NCBI GenBank assembly: GCA_024137785.1
Contig: JAHRHZ010000070.1
Span: 12,964,570 to 13,028,569 of the forward strand
Length of the DNA: 64,000 nt
From: Ginglymostoma cirratum
Lineage: Eukaryota
Direction: 5' to 3'
The notes under the pieces are model-generated. The model did not search any database and was not told the DNA's origin. It worked only from the letters and a program-made list of their open reading frames with translations. The position numbers and the translations under genes are program-made. Every line of letters starts with the position of its first letter. The stretch's first letter is position 1. This document shows, piece after piece, positions 39,290 to 51,055 of the stretch.

Positions 39290-40985
39290 CATTCGAGTCT
39301 GCTCCACCACTCGATGAGATCATAGCTGATCTGATAATCCTCAATTCCACTTTTCTGCCTTTTCCTCTTGATTCTCTTGATCCCCTGACTGATTAAAACC
39401 TGTCCATATTGGCCTTGAATATACTTAATGATTCAGCCTTGAAAGCCATAAGACTTAGGAGCAGAATTAGACCATTCAACCCACTGAGTTTGCTCTGCCG
39501 TTCAATCATGGCTGATATGCTTCTCAACCTCATTCTCCTGACTTCTTCCAGAACCCTTGATCCCTTTGACTAATTAAGCCTATTTATCAGTGTCTTAAAT
39601 ATACTCAATGACATGGCCTGTACAGCCTTCTGAGGCAATGAGTTCCACAGATTAACCACCTTCTGGCTGAAAAATTTCTCCTCATCTCAGTTCTAAAGAG
39701 TCATCCCTTCACTGTGGCTATACTTTTGGGTCCTAGTCCCTCTTACTACTGGAAACATCTTCTGCACATCCATTTTCTCCAGGCCTCTCAGCATTCTGCC
39801 AGTTTCAATGAAAGCCACACTCCCTACCGCCTCATCCTTCCAAACTCCATTGAATACAGACCCAGAGTTCTCAGTCATTGCTTATTTGACAAGCCCTTCA
39901 TCCCCGGGATCATTCTTGCCAACCTCCTCTGGACCCCTCCAATGTCAGCACATTCTTCCTTAGATGCAGGGCCCAAAACTGCTCACAACATTCCAAATGC
40001 AGTCTGACAACAGCCTTATACAGCCTCAGTGCTACATCATTGCTCTTGTATTCTGACCTTCTTGAAGTGAATACTAACATTGCATTTGCCTTCCTAACTG
40101 CCAAAAGAACCTACATGTTAATCTTAAGAGAACTAGGAGTCCCAAGGTTTCTGAAACCTTTCCCTGTTTAGAAAATAGTCTCCACTTCTATTTTTCCTAC
40201 GAAAGTGCATAACTTCACACTTTCCCACATTGTATTCCATCAGCCATTTCTTTGCCCACTCTCCTAGCCTGTCCATGTCCTTTTGCAGCCTTCCCACTTC
40301 CTCAGGACTACTTGTCCCTCCAACTATTTTTGTTTCATCTGCAAACTCTGCAAATATTCCCTCAGTTCCTTTGATTGTTATTTATAACACGTGGTTCTAA
40401 CACTGAACCCTGCGGAACTCCGCTAGGCACCAGCTGCCACCTGAAAAAGACCCCTTTATCCCAACTCTCTGTCTTCTGCCAGTCAGCCAATCCTCTATCC
40501 ATGCCAGTACACTGCTCCTAACACCATGGGCTCTTACCTTATTTAGCATCTCTTGTGTGGCACTGATCTTCTGGCACACCACTAGTTACAAGTTGACAGC
40601 CTGAAAATTTCCAACTCTTTACCGTCTATTAGTTAGCCAATCCTCTATCCATGCTAATATATTACCTCCAATACCAAGGGCTCTTATCTTATTAATTTGC
40701 CAAATGCGTGATACCTTATAAACAGGTTCTGAAAATCCAAATATATAACATCCAATGCTTCAGCTATCTTCCTAGTTACCTCCTCAAAAGATTCTAATAA
40801 ATTTCTCAGGCATGATTTCCCCTTTATGAATCCACACTGACTTGGCTTGATCATAATATACATTTCTAAAATAGACTCTAACATCTTCCCATCAACAGAC
40901 ATTAAGCTAACTAGCCTATAGCTCCTCGTTTTAGTCTCCTTCTCTTTTTATACAAAGGTATTACATTGGCAGTTTACAATCCTGT
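39290..40985 (-). mobile_element. CR1 (HER1-like) LINE remnants: RT region and nested 3' ends
   Basis: Translations SQCGFIKGKSCLRNLLESFEEVT..DVIYLDFQ, AHGVRSSVLAWIEDWLTGRRQRVGIKGSFS and RLYKAVVRLHLECCEQFW. Confidence 0.9.
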
Positions 40986-40999
40986 GGGAAAGAAAAAGC

Positions 41000-41210
41000 C
41001 AAGGAACTGATGATGCTGAAAGTTAAAAAAAAAAACAACAAAAAAAAAATTGCTATAAAGACTCAGCAGCATCTGTAGAGAGGAAGCAGAACTAACATTT
41101 CAGGTCCCATGAACCCTCCTTCAAAACGGGGCCCAAAAAGTTAACTGCTTTCTCTCTATAGATACTGCCAGACTTCAGAGTTTCCCAGCAACATCTGTTT
41201 TTGTTTCCAA
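41000..41210. mobile_element. Inverted Penelope terminal-repeat insertion within a CR1 remnant
   Basis: gcagcatctgtagagaggaagcagaactaacatttc... followed by inverted gttaactgctttctctctatagatactgccagac. Confidence 0.65.
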
Positions 41211-42269
41211 TCCTCTGGGGCTTTTCCAGAAACCTGAGCATTTGTGGAAGAGTACTACCAGTGCATCCACTATCTTTGGCAACGAGGGCCATTGTAATAC
41301 TTGCAAGCAAGTTACAGATGTTGTAATAACACTGATCGACGTTAGAAAGATGACCGATTATAGGTTCAATAAAATCCTATTTAAATATACAATACTATTG
41401 ATACTAGGATGACAATTGGTCAGCACTGCTCAAGTTTCCAACTTGATTTGCAAAAGGTAAATGCATGACAGAGAATCGAATCTTAATGACTAAGGATTGT
41501 TTCGAAGTCTGAGTTGAATTTGCTGATTTTGCCTGGGGTGGACATAACTGTACATAATATCTCCGAGTTCGGGGAAAACAGATAGAAGCAAGAGTTGAAC
41601 TTAGAACCCCTAGGCCTGAATGACTGGGTTCGCTGCATCTTCAATAACATTCTAACATATATGGATTTCCTTCAGAAGTGAACAGTCATCTTTCAACCTT
41701 TGATCAGTCCGGCTGCAACAATCTGTATATAAACATTACAGCAGATACCCTTGAGCATAATGAATCTGAATTCTGTCCATATCATTGAACAATTAGCTAC
41801 AGTAATAGACAGTGGGAATGTCAGCCATTGACCAACAAGTCTGTACTGCAGGCCCCAAGGCTGCAGTCTTGTATTTCTTACATTTGGCCCAAGATTTTAA
41901 AGCTTCCAGCTCCTGTCTTAACCAGAATAGCACTGTCTAACACATTTTAATGAAATCATTGCTCTTAGGTTCGTGGAAACATCCTCATATCAAGCATTAA
42001 GAATATTGAGATGTAAACGGTAAGCCTACTTTTACAACACATGATGTTACATTAGCAAGTTTTGTTGTGAGGTAAAACTGAACATTATTTTTGGGAAATT
42101 GGAATGCCAGAATTTTAAAAGTTGTGCTCTTATGAATGCCACATCTCAAAATTTCACTGTATTATCTCAAGTCATTTTTTGATCAGGTAAAAGCAAACAT
42201 TAAAGATAGACCTTTTTAAGTATTAACAGCTTTCTTTCAAATCATTCACAAAATGTTGATACTATTGTA

Positions 42270-42760
42270 TACAATAAGGCCGGAACTTATTGCCCATTCC
42301 TAAATTCTGATGAAGGGTCTAGGCCCGAAACGTCAAGCTTTCCTGCTCCTATGATGCTGCTTGGCCTGCTGTGTTCATCCAGCTCCACACTTTGTTATCT
42401 CAGCCCTTAAGAAGCTGTTGGTTAACCGTACTGTAAATCTGCGGCAGTTCATGGAGAGAAAGTACATTCACATGTAATGTAAGGAGCTCCAGAATATCGA
42501 CCGAGCATTGATAAAGGAATGGCAATATATTCCCAAGTCAAAAGATGCGCGACTTGGAGACAAGGCAGTTGTTATTATATTCCCATGGGCCTGGTTGTCC
42601 CTATCCTAGGTGGCAAAAGTAACAGATTTGGAAATTGCTGTCAAAGGAACCTTAGTGAATTGTTGCAATGTATCTGGAAAATAGTATGCCCCGTCGCCAG
42701 ATTGTACTACTGGTGGAAGGAGTGAAATGTTTAAGATAGTGGATGTAGCACCAATTATCT
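42270..42760 (-). mobile_element. Degenerate 3' end of the same CR1-group family, interrupted by the 97-nt hammerhead unit
   Basis: ttattgcccattcctaa, cccttaagaagctgttggt and cttggagacaag match the reverse complement of 53870-54240. Confidence 0.65.
42305..42401 (+). mobile_element. 97-nt Penelope terminal-repeat unit with intact hammerhead core (42307-42334)
   Basis: ttCTGATGAagggtctaggcccGAAACGTCaag...ttgttatctc; closely matches the terminus of the 54.5-kb element. Confidence 0.88.
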
Positions 42761-43016
42761 ATAGACAGAGTATGTGTGTGGCTTTTCTGGTATATTTCCC
42801 TTCAGCAGCATTAAAGTTTGCAAATACCAGCTACAAAAGCAGTCATTAAGCATGAAACTTAATCTTAAATGCTTTACTTGAGGGGACTGTTGGTGGATTG
42901 TGACAAATGGCAAATATGTCAAGTGATTGATATGTCAGTATGACTAATACTCACCCCGTTCATGATTAATGGATTGACAAAAACACAGCCAAGAGGAGGA
43001 AATTTGATCATCTTAC

Positions 43017-43130
43017 CTAATTCAGTCATCATTGGGATGTTGGCCCCAGTCGTGACAGACGTTTGTCGGACTAGGCCATGGACTGGACTATTGTCAGGAG
43101 AAGGTCTGTCCATTCCTGGAGGTGTGAATC
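43017..43130 (-). CDS. kcnma1: kcnma1 (BK/Slo1 alpha) RCK2 exon [38 protein letters not shown], 114 nt, phase 1-1
   Basis: Translation matches the vertebrate KCNMA1 segment [38 protein letters not shown]. Acceptor cactggccag and donor G|gtaaga on the minus strand. Confidence 0.97.
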
Positions 43131-46100
43131 CTGGCCAGTGAAGAAATAGTTCAGTCAGAAAATCACAAAACCTCCCTTTGATAAACTTAACTGCCTTATT
43201 GAGAAAAAGAAAATCTAGATGCATTCTTACACAAGTAAGTGATCCACCCAACCAATTTCCTGATAACACAGAGATTTACCTGCACTAAGAGCAATGGACC
43301 TTGAGTCATACAAGTTTGACTATATAGCAATGATGAAAATTCTAATTTTTTTTCTGCTACAAAACCATAATTGAATAACACGTGTACGTTAGCACAGTTG
43401 TCAGAATGTTACTTTATTTGCGTAGCATCTCCAAAAAGAAAATTAAGGAACAGAAAAGTGTTACAACAAGCTCTCATTTTAAAACTCTCTGATGTGCCAC
43501 ATTTTACATTGTAATATGGGTTGCTGATAAATACACACAAACCCTCTGAGTTGATAGAGTCCCATCACTGAAACATAATATTTGTATGCTCCCGAAGGGA
43601 GTATTATGGTGAAGGGCTACAGTACAAAGGAAGCTGTCAACATCTTAAGTTCAGAGAAATGGAATATGCTTTAAAGTCAAACAACCTCCCCTCAGCGTCA
43701 CCTCCCTTCCCCCAAAATTGTTAAGAATTCAAATCGAAGTGGGAATCTTAACTGATTAGACACCCCTCAATTTGGGAACATGTGCAGCACAGGAAAAATG
43801 AACTCCTGTAGCTTCTTTTAAACCAAGTTCCCCCCAACCAACCCTCTCCTTTTTAATGTTGGTAGATCCAGAACTCATGTAACCTTTTATTCCAAATTTA
43901 TTTTTGGTTTGTTACATTAATGTTTCACCAAACAGACAAGCCCACTAGCAGCAACCTGAAATAATTTCATCAATAAAAGTCACTTGATACTTATTTAGTA
44001 TTTACAGCTTCCCATCATGTTGCTGATATTAATATTACATGTTCTCCATTTGGGTTAAACATAGTGAACATAAAACCCTTTTTATCAGAAATGTTAACGT
44101 TCAGAGACCTAAAAAAAATCCCCACAAACATGCCATTTCTTTGAAGTCATGGAACTTGACATTTTTCATTTTCCATGTTGACAAGTCAACACCTAAAGCC
44201 AGTAATGCTGTATACATAATACATAGACTTCAGGTTTTTTGAGAGGGCTTCAGGCCATTAGTTAATGCTGACACAATAAAACCCAAGCTGCTGGCTTTTG
44301 AACTGTTTTCTTTAAAAAAAATCTCTAAGTTTTAAAGAAATCACATTCTTTCAATTGTTTTAAATAACACTATCTGAAATGTCCTTTTCAAATGGAAATC
44401 CTCCCCAAATATTAACTACATATTTGATGTTTCCAAAAAGATTTGACTTAAATAAAGAATGGTATTCAACAGAATGCTGAGAAAGAAGCTTTTTTAAAGG
44501 TCGGGTTCAGTTAAGTCGATCAAGTTGTTATATTTATTCAAGACTTTGTCTTTTTAAATAACTTATGTTAACAGTTGTTGTTGAAAGGTATCTGTAATGT
44601 ATCTTTCAGGATTATAAATAACAAAAAAAGCAACAACCTTTACTGTTGCCATGTAAATTTGTTAGCTGCTGTTTTGTTCTTTAGCATGTTGAAAAGCTCA
44701 AATCATACAAATTGCCTGTAACTACAGAAAAATAAAACACAAAGGAAGAGTGAGTGAATGAGGAGATCAAAATACCTGGAAACAAAACAATTTAAATCAC
44801 TAAACCAGAACAAAATGAAATGTGATTTTAAAAATAAATCAAAAAGGTTTAGCAGATTGATTTCTATTATCTTTCACCCCACTGTCTTATTTCATGCAAT
44901 TGTTCTGTATACAATTCCTTTCCTGTCTCAATAAAAATGAAGTAACTTTGCATTCTGAATGCTGACAGATTCGTTTTAATAAACAAAGGTATCTCAAAGT
45001 CTCCAAAAAAACCAAGACTTAATGAAAAAAAGCACTAATTATTACATAGTCCTTCTGCATTCAAACCAATATTTCAAAGTCTATTTTTTGTGCCATTAGA
45101 ATAATTCATACAATTTCCATACAGATGGCACATATATTTGTGGGGTTGAAGAGTATCACAGCATATAGGAGTTCTTTTATTATTGTACTTGAGGAAAGTC
45201 GAACCATTTATTGCTTTTAACACTTTAGCCCACAGAGAATTCCTGCAGAAAAGGCTGTCTTATTCTATGTATTTCACCACTCAGACAAAACAACTCCCAT
45301 GTTGTTTGAGACTCTTAGTTACTGTAGTTGTGCATGAGAGCTAATATGGAAATAATAAAAAAGGAACCTGACAGTGGTCCTCTGTAGTATTGGTGACAGA
45401 CATCCCAAAGTATCTAAGGATACTTCTGTGGAGGACACAGATCAAAACACCAACCGGCATATTTTAAGATGTTAATCATTTTGCAATATCCAGCAGATAG
45501 TGAACAAAAACAAGTGTTGAATAGAGGAACAATCAGTGATCATGATAAATAAAATTCAGTGACTATATTAAATACTTTTTAATATCACATTAGTATCTCC
45601 TGCAACATAAATTATGTAAATTTCACACCAAAGCTTATGTGAAAATTATGCAGATTATAACTTGATTAGGCTTTTATCATGAGACCCAATTTGGCTTTTT
45701 TATCTATTAAGCTTCAATAAATGAGGCATCTGAATAGCTCCCTTGAGCAACTGCAGTAATAACTACACCAGCAGTTATTTCAGCTTTTGATGTCAAAGTA
45801 ATTTGACGTTAGCAGAGAGAGTGGGGATGGAGGAGAATGGAATGATGGTTGGGGATGGGGAGAAGAGGGCAGGGTAAAGATTGTTCATCTTAATGTATAA
45901 GTATATACTTTAGGTACTATAATCCAAAGTGATTTTGAAAAATCAAGAACATGGAAGATGGTGACAGCACACCCAAGCTATCCCAGAACATACATAAAGT
46001 AATTGCAAAATGATGCTGATTTAAGTACAGGAGTTGAAATATGGCCGAGAAATGTGCTGCCAGAATGGACTATCAAATGGCAATGTAGTCGCTATTCAGT

Positions 46101-46799
46101 TCTACTCCTCCATGTTGGGCACGAAGCAGTTTATATTCTTTCTTAACCTTTGCTGAATCTTCTCCTAATTAAGGGTTCTCACACTCACAAAGAAAATGAA
46201 AAAGACCAGCTACTGAAAAGAAATGTAGCATGACTAAATAACATTTACATTCACAAAACAACATCTTTCTGAAATTAAAAATTGGCTTTTTTATGAGGTG
46301 TTACCTCTTCGTAAGAAGTTTTTGAGAAAGCCAAGAGAAAGGCCTGCTTGAGGAGAGCTCCATAAAAGTGCTTATGATAACCTCTGTGTTAATGCACCTA
46401 GCTTGTTGAATAAGTACAGGGTTCAGGCTAATCTCAAGTCCATGCATGACACAGGCCACGTCTTTCAAACCTGTCCATGTTATGTTATGTGCTTCTTGTC
46501 TGGTTCATTCAGTGGAGGGGCTGAGCTTTTCCTATTACATTCTTGAGTTTGTGTCGAGGAAAATCCCATGTATTCTTGATGGCATTCATTGGGCAGAACA
46601 TGAAGTGGATATTTTGTTGGGTTTTACCATTTTGGAACACCCATTTTAATATAAATATGTACACAAAACACTTTAGAAAGTATGAAGAGCTGTTAACAAT
46701 AATTTGATTTTGCAGACAAATGCAGATTATATTACACACGTCAAGAAGCCAAAGCAACAAACTGCTACAATGAGTTTACATATCTCCAGTCAACACTTG

Positions 46800-48172
46800 G
46801 TATATCTATTTTATATCTTGACATGAATCTATGACCTCAGTGCCTTTGTCTGGAAGGAAGACAGCCTGCCTGGAGATTTCACAGGCACTGTAATTGTGAC
46901 CATCTTCAGGAAAGAAGACAGGTCTGAGTGTGGAAATTACAGAGGGATTTCCTTACTGTCCACCTCCTCAACAGCCTCCTCCCAGTATCTGAAGAGCTCC
47001 CCGTCGAGTCTCAACGTGGCTTCTGCCTGTCAAGGGGCACAATGGACATGACTTTCAGTGCATGACAAATCCTTGAAAATTGCAGTGAACAGCACCAATC
47101 TCTGTACGTGACCTTCCTCAATCTCACAAAGACCTCTGACTTTGTCAATCATTGAAGGACTGTGGAATACCTTTTTCAAATTCGGCTGCCGACAGAAATT
47201 TGTCACCCTTCTCCATTTGCTTCATTACGACATACAAGCCATTATCCTCAGCAACAGATCCACCATACGTCCGACGCAAGTGCAAACTGGGGACAAGCAA
47301 GGGGCTGCATCATTGCACCAACACTTCTCTGTCTGTCTTTCTCGCTGCAACACTCCAGCTATTTGGAAAAGTGAAGCTAGCGTCCAGGATGAGCGGGAAA
47401 CTGTTCAACTTTTGTCTGCAGGCCAGAACCAAGACCACTCCAACTTCTGTTAGTGAGCTGCAGTATGCAGACAACACTTACACATACACACACTCAGAGG
47501 CTCAGGAACTTGAGGAACAGAGCGTTCGAAGTACAAGACCTCAAACCCAGCAACAAGTGCATGGTCTACAGAGAAGCCGTCGCCCCCAACTTTGTTGTAT
47601 GCAGCAGAAACTTGGTGCAGCAGACACATCAAATTCCTGAAGGATTATCACCAATGCTGCCTTCACAAAATTCAGTAAATCCATTGGCAGGATGTGGTAC
47701 CAATGTGAAAGCCCTGTCCCAGACCAACATTCCCAGTATTGAGGCACTAGCCCTGCCTGACCAGCTGCAATGGGCAGGCCACAATGTTTGCATGCCCAAC
47801 ACATGTTCCCCTAAACAAGTGCTCTACTCTGATCTCCACAATGGCAAATGGCGGGCAGAGGGACAAGGGCTCCCCACAAGCCTCCTTAAACAAATGCAAG
47901 TCCCCATTGACACTTGGGAATTACTTGCCCTAGAACACACAAACAAAAGATGAAGCATCCATAATGGCATCAACCACTTGGAGCACATGGAGGCTAAGTG
48001 CAAGCAGCAGAAAGTGTGCAAAGAATGGAGAGTATCCCACACACCCAAGTCCCCGGACACCTCCTACACTATCTGTGCAGAGTCTGTGACTCCAGGATTG
48101 GACTATTCAGCCAGCGCAGAACTCACCCTTAGAGTGAAAGCAAGTTGTCCTCAAACGTAAGGGGCTGCCAGA
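46800..48172 (+). mobile_element. RTE-clade LINE, 5'-truncated and degenerate
   Basis: IVTIFRKEDRSECGNYRGISLLS, ESQRGF..RGTMDM, ELQYADN, LQWAGHNVCMP..PKQVLYSDL. Confidence 0.88.
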
Positions 48173-48291
48173 GAAGAAAAAGATGCATAAGATCTAAACC
48201 TGCAGTTCTGAAAATAGCTTTTCTTGAAGAACTCAACATGGGTTCTTTTTTTGGTTTGTGTAATTTTTGTGAACACATCTTAGCATGGCAA

Positions 48292-48472
48292 CATGAGATA
48301 GTAGGAACTGCCGATGCTGGAGTCAAAGATAACAAGGTGTGGAGCCGGATGAACACAGCAGACCAGGCAGCATCAGAGGAGCAGGAAAGCTGACATTCTG
48401 AAACGTCAGCTTTCCTGCTCCTCTGATGCTGCCTGGCCTGCTGCATTCGTCCAGTTCCACACCTTGTTATCT
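48292..48472. mobile_element. Fold-back Penelope terminal-repeat mini-insertion
   Basis: Inverted arms of about 70 nt. Direct repeat ATCTTAGCATGGCAA at 48277-48291 and 48469-48483. Confidence 0.87.
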
Positions 48473-49479
48473 TAGCATGGCAAGAAGACTTGAATAAGGA
48501 GTAGTACGGAAGCAAAGCGCTGCCAGTTTCATCCCTTGTTTACTTACAAATCCATTGCACTTTACATTCAGGGGAATTACTATTCTGATTGTGCACTGTC
48601 TACTACAAAGTGACAATAAAATTTGGTGATGCAACATAATCAGTATCTTCTATAGCTCAACAGAGCAGACAAAGCCAAGTTTCAATGGTTTGTCTGAAAG
48701 ACAGTACTCTGATAATGCAGCACTGTCACTGCAGTGCTGCACTGGTACCTCCACCCAGACTGTGTGTGCCAACCTTTGCAAAGGAATTTTAACCTCGGCC
48801 TAGCAAACTAAGTGTTAAAGCAGCTTCCACTGAGTCAAGGCAAGATTGACTGGCCAGCTTTAATTTTCATTGAAATTAGTGGAAATTAAAATCAGACAGC
48901 TTCTATAATGGATGCTGATCCACAAAACCAAATTGATGCATTGATAGAAGATAGAATATCTAAACCCAAGAGTCCATCACGACGTGCGATTTATGAGTTA
49001 TAAAGCAGCCAGAACGGTGACAGGTTTCATCCTTGAAGTACATCGCCGAGCCAATTCAATCAGGTGGCCTTCATTGTCTGATGCAAACCCACAATTTAAT
49101 GAATTTGCTTTCCAAGTTGACATGCTGAGATTTTCACTCACACCCTCTGGGATGCTGGTTGAATATCACCGCTACTAAGTTACTGTACCCTTATGCTCAT
49201 TTGAAATATTTTGCACATTCTGATATAATAAAACAGAAAATAGATGATAAAATCAGCATAAAAATAAATTGTTAATCTACACAGAATTAGTGCCTTTTGA
49301 CATGAAATGGAGAAATGGGAATAGTTTGGATAGTCTTGGCAATGTGACTGTAGACATTTGAACCAAAATCTTACAGAAAACCCTCCTGATGGATCAATGC
49401 GAAACATGTTGAAAATATCCAGGAAGACAAAAATAACCTTTTCCAACAAATGCACAACAGATGCCATATCAACTCTAAA

Positions 49480-49601
49480 CTGGAGAAGCACAGCAGGTCA
49501 GACAGCATCTGAGGAGAAGGGAAGTCAACGTTTCGGGCAAAAACTCCTTGTCAGGGCTGACTCTAGCTTCCAGCATCTGCAGTCCTTACTGTCTCCAAGT
49601 C
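49480..49601. mobile_element. Penelope terminal-repeat mini-insertion (related subfamily)
   Basis: cacagcaggtcagacagcatc...aacgtttcggg, then inverted ccagcatctgcagtcc. Direct repeat TCAACTCTAAACTGGA at 49469-49484 and 49602-49617. Confidence 0.78.
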
Positions 49602-49784
49602 TCAACTCTAAACTGGATCAGCAAAGCCATATAGATTTATTTTTGTCAGCAAGGTTTGTTACAGAAAGATAGATAGAGGAGGAAAAGGAGAGGTAGGGAC
49701 AATGAAAGGAAGTGTACAAAAGCCAAAAGGATTTAGAGACAAAAGTGTGCAAGAGATAAATGGAGTGCAAGGTTACGTTGAAAT

Positions 49785-49998
49785 GTAGTTACCCTAGTCC
49801 TAGAGAATGATAAAGCTGCTCTCTCATGACAGACAGAGACAACTTGTGGTAAGTTTAACCAGAGGGGCACCATGCTTCAGGTGAGGCTGGGAAGAAACAA
49901 CATTCCTAGTAACCTTATCCAGCGCTGGAATCCAACCTGTGCTGTTGATGTCAATCTGCATTGCAAACCAGCCATCCAGCCAATTGAGCTAACAGCCT
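49785..49998 (-). mobile_element. tRNA-derived SINE; a related degenerate copy lies at 34496-34700 (+)
   Basis: Head gttagctcaattggctggatggctggtttgc..aacagcacaggttggattcc is shared with ggttagttcaattggccagatggct..caacagcacaagctcaattcc. Confidence 0.6.
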
Positions 49999-50069
49999 CT
50001 GACAAGTAGTAAAATAGTGGGAAGTGCAGACGAGTCAACTAGCAGAAAAACAGGTTCAGGAAGAAAGTA

Positions 50070-50166
50070 GAGATAACAAGCATGGGGCTGGATGAACACA
50101 GCAGGTCAAGCAGCATCATAGGAGCAGGAAAACTCGACGTTTCGGGCCTAAACCCTTCATCAGAAA
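50070..50166 (-). mobile_element. 97-nt Penelope terminal-repeat unit with hammerhead core
   Basis: Nearly identical to 54566-54662; flanked by the direct repeat AGAAAGTA (50062-50069 and 50162-50169, partly overlapping the element end). Confidence 0.88.
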
Positions 50167-51055
50167 GTATTTTGCATGGGAGACCAACAAGCTATATCCT
50201 GAGCATGGCCAAATTCCAACAAAGTAAAACAGATGCAGTATGCGAAGACATTCCCACGTATAAACATGGCAAGTTTTGAAGTAAGTATTATGAATGTATT
50301 ATTTGAATAACATATGCAGAAATATATACAAATTGCTGTTTCCATTAAAATTTGGATTTTCAGTTTGAGACTCATTGCATTAAATTAAAAGAAGAAAAAA
50401 ATGGAATATCCTAAAAAAACAGAAATAATAAAATAGCTGAAGAATCAGTTGCTACAATGAATCCAGGAATGTGAATAGAGGTACTAAATATACTGTCAGT
50501 TCAGATGCTTCAATCACCATTGATGCAAAGTGAGGCATTAGCAGTTCTAACACAGTATGAAGAGAATATTGATCGGCTTCTAAGTGTAGCTGAGGAGAAA
50601 TTATTTAACTCCTTCCCTTACATGCGGATTAAAATTATATTTATATATTATTTACTGCAGTTCTTCCTCAACGATATGACAGAGGTATCAATAGCGTAAT
50701 TATGTAGGCACATGTTAGGTTAATAATGTGATCAGATAACAATCAAAATGAGCTTTCAGTGTTGACGAATGTATTTATTTGGTAATTTCTATATGTTGGA
50801 AATAAATAAAACATTTATTCACATAGCTTATTTCGTACAGAAACTGGACGGATGAGAAAAGCCCTCAAAGTCCTCCAGTGATGGGTGTTGACAGCTTAGG
50901 TTATGGAGATCATTTGAAAAGTAATCAAAATGTCATGAGATGAAAGTATATTGAGACTGGCTAAAGTCAACCACTCTTCCAACATTGATTTTATTTTAAA
51001 TGGTTCTGTGTTTTAAAAAAAAAAATTTTCGTGATAATAACGACAATACCACTAG

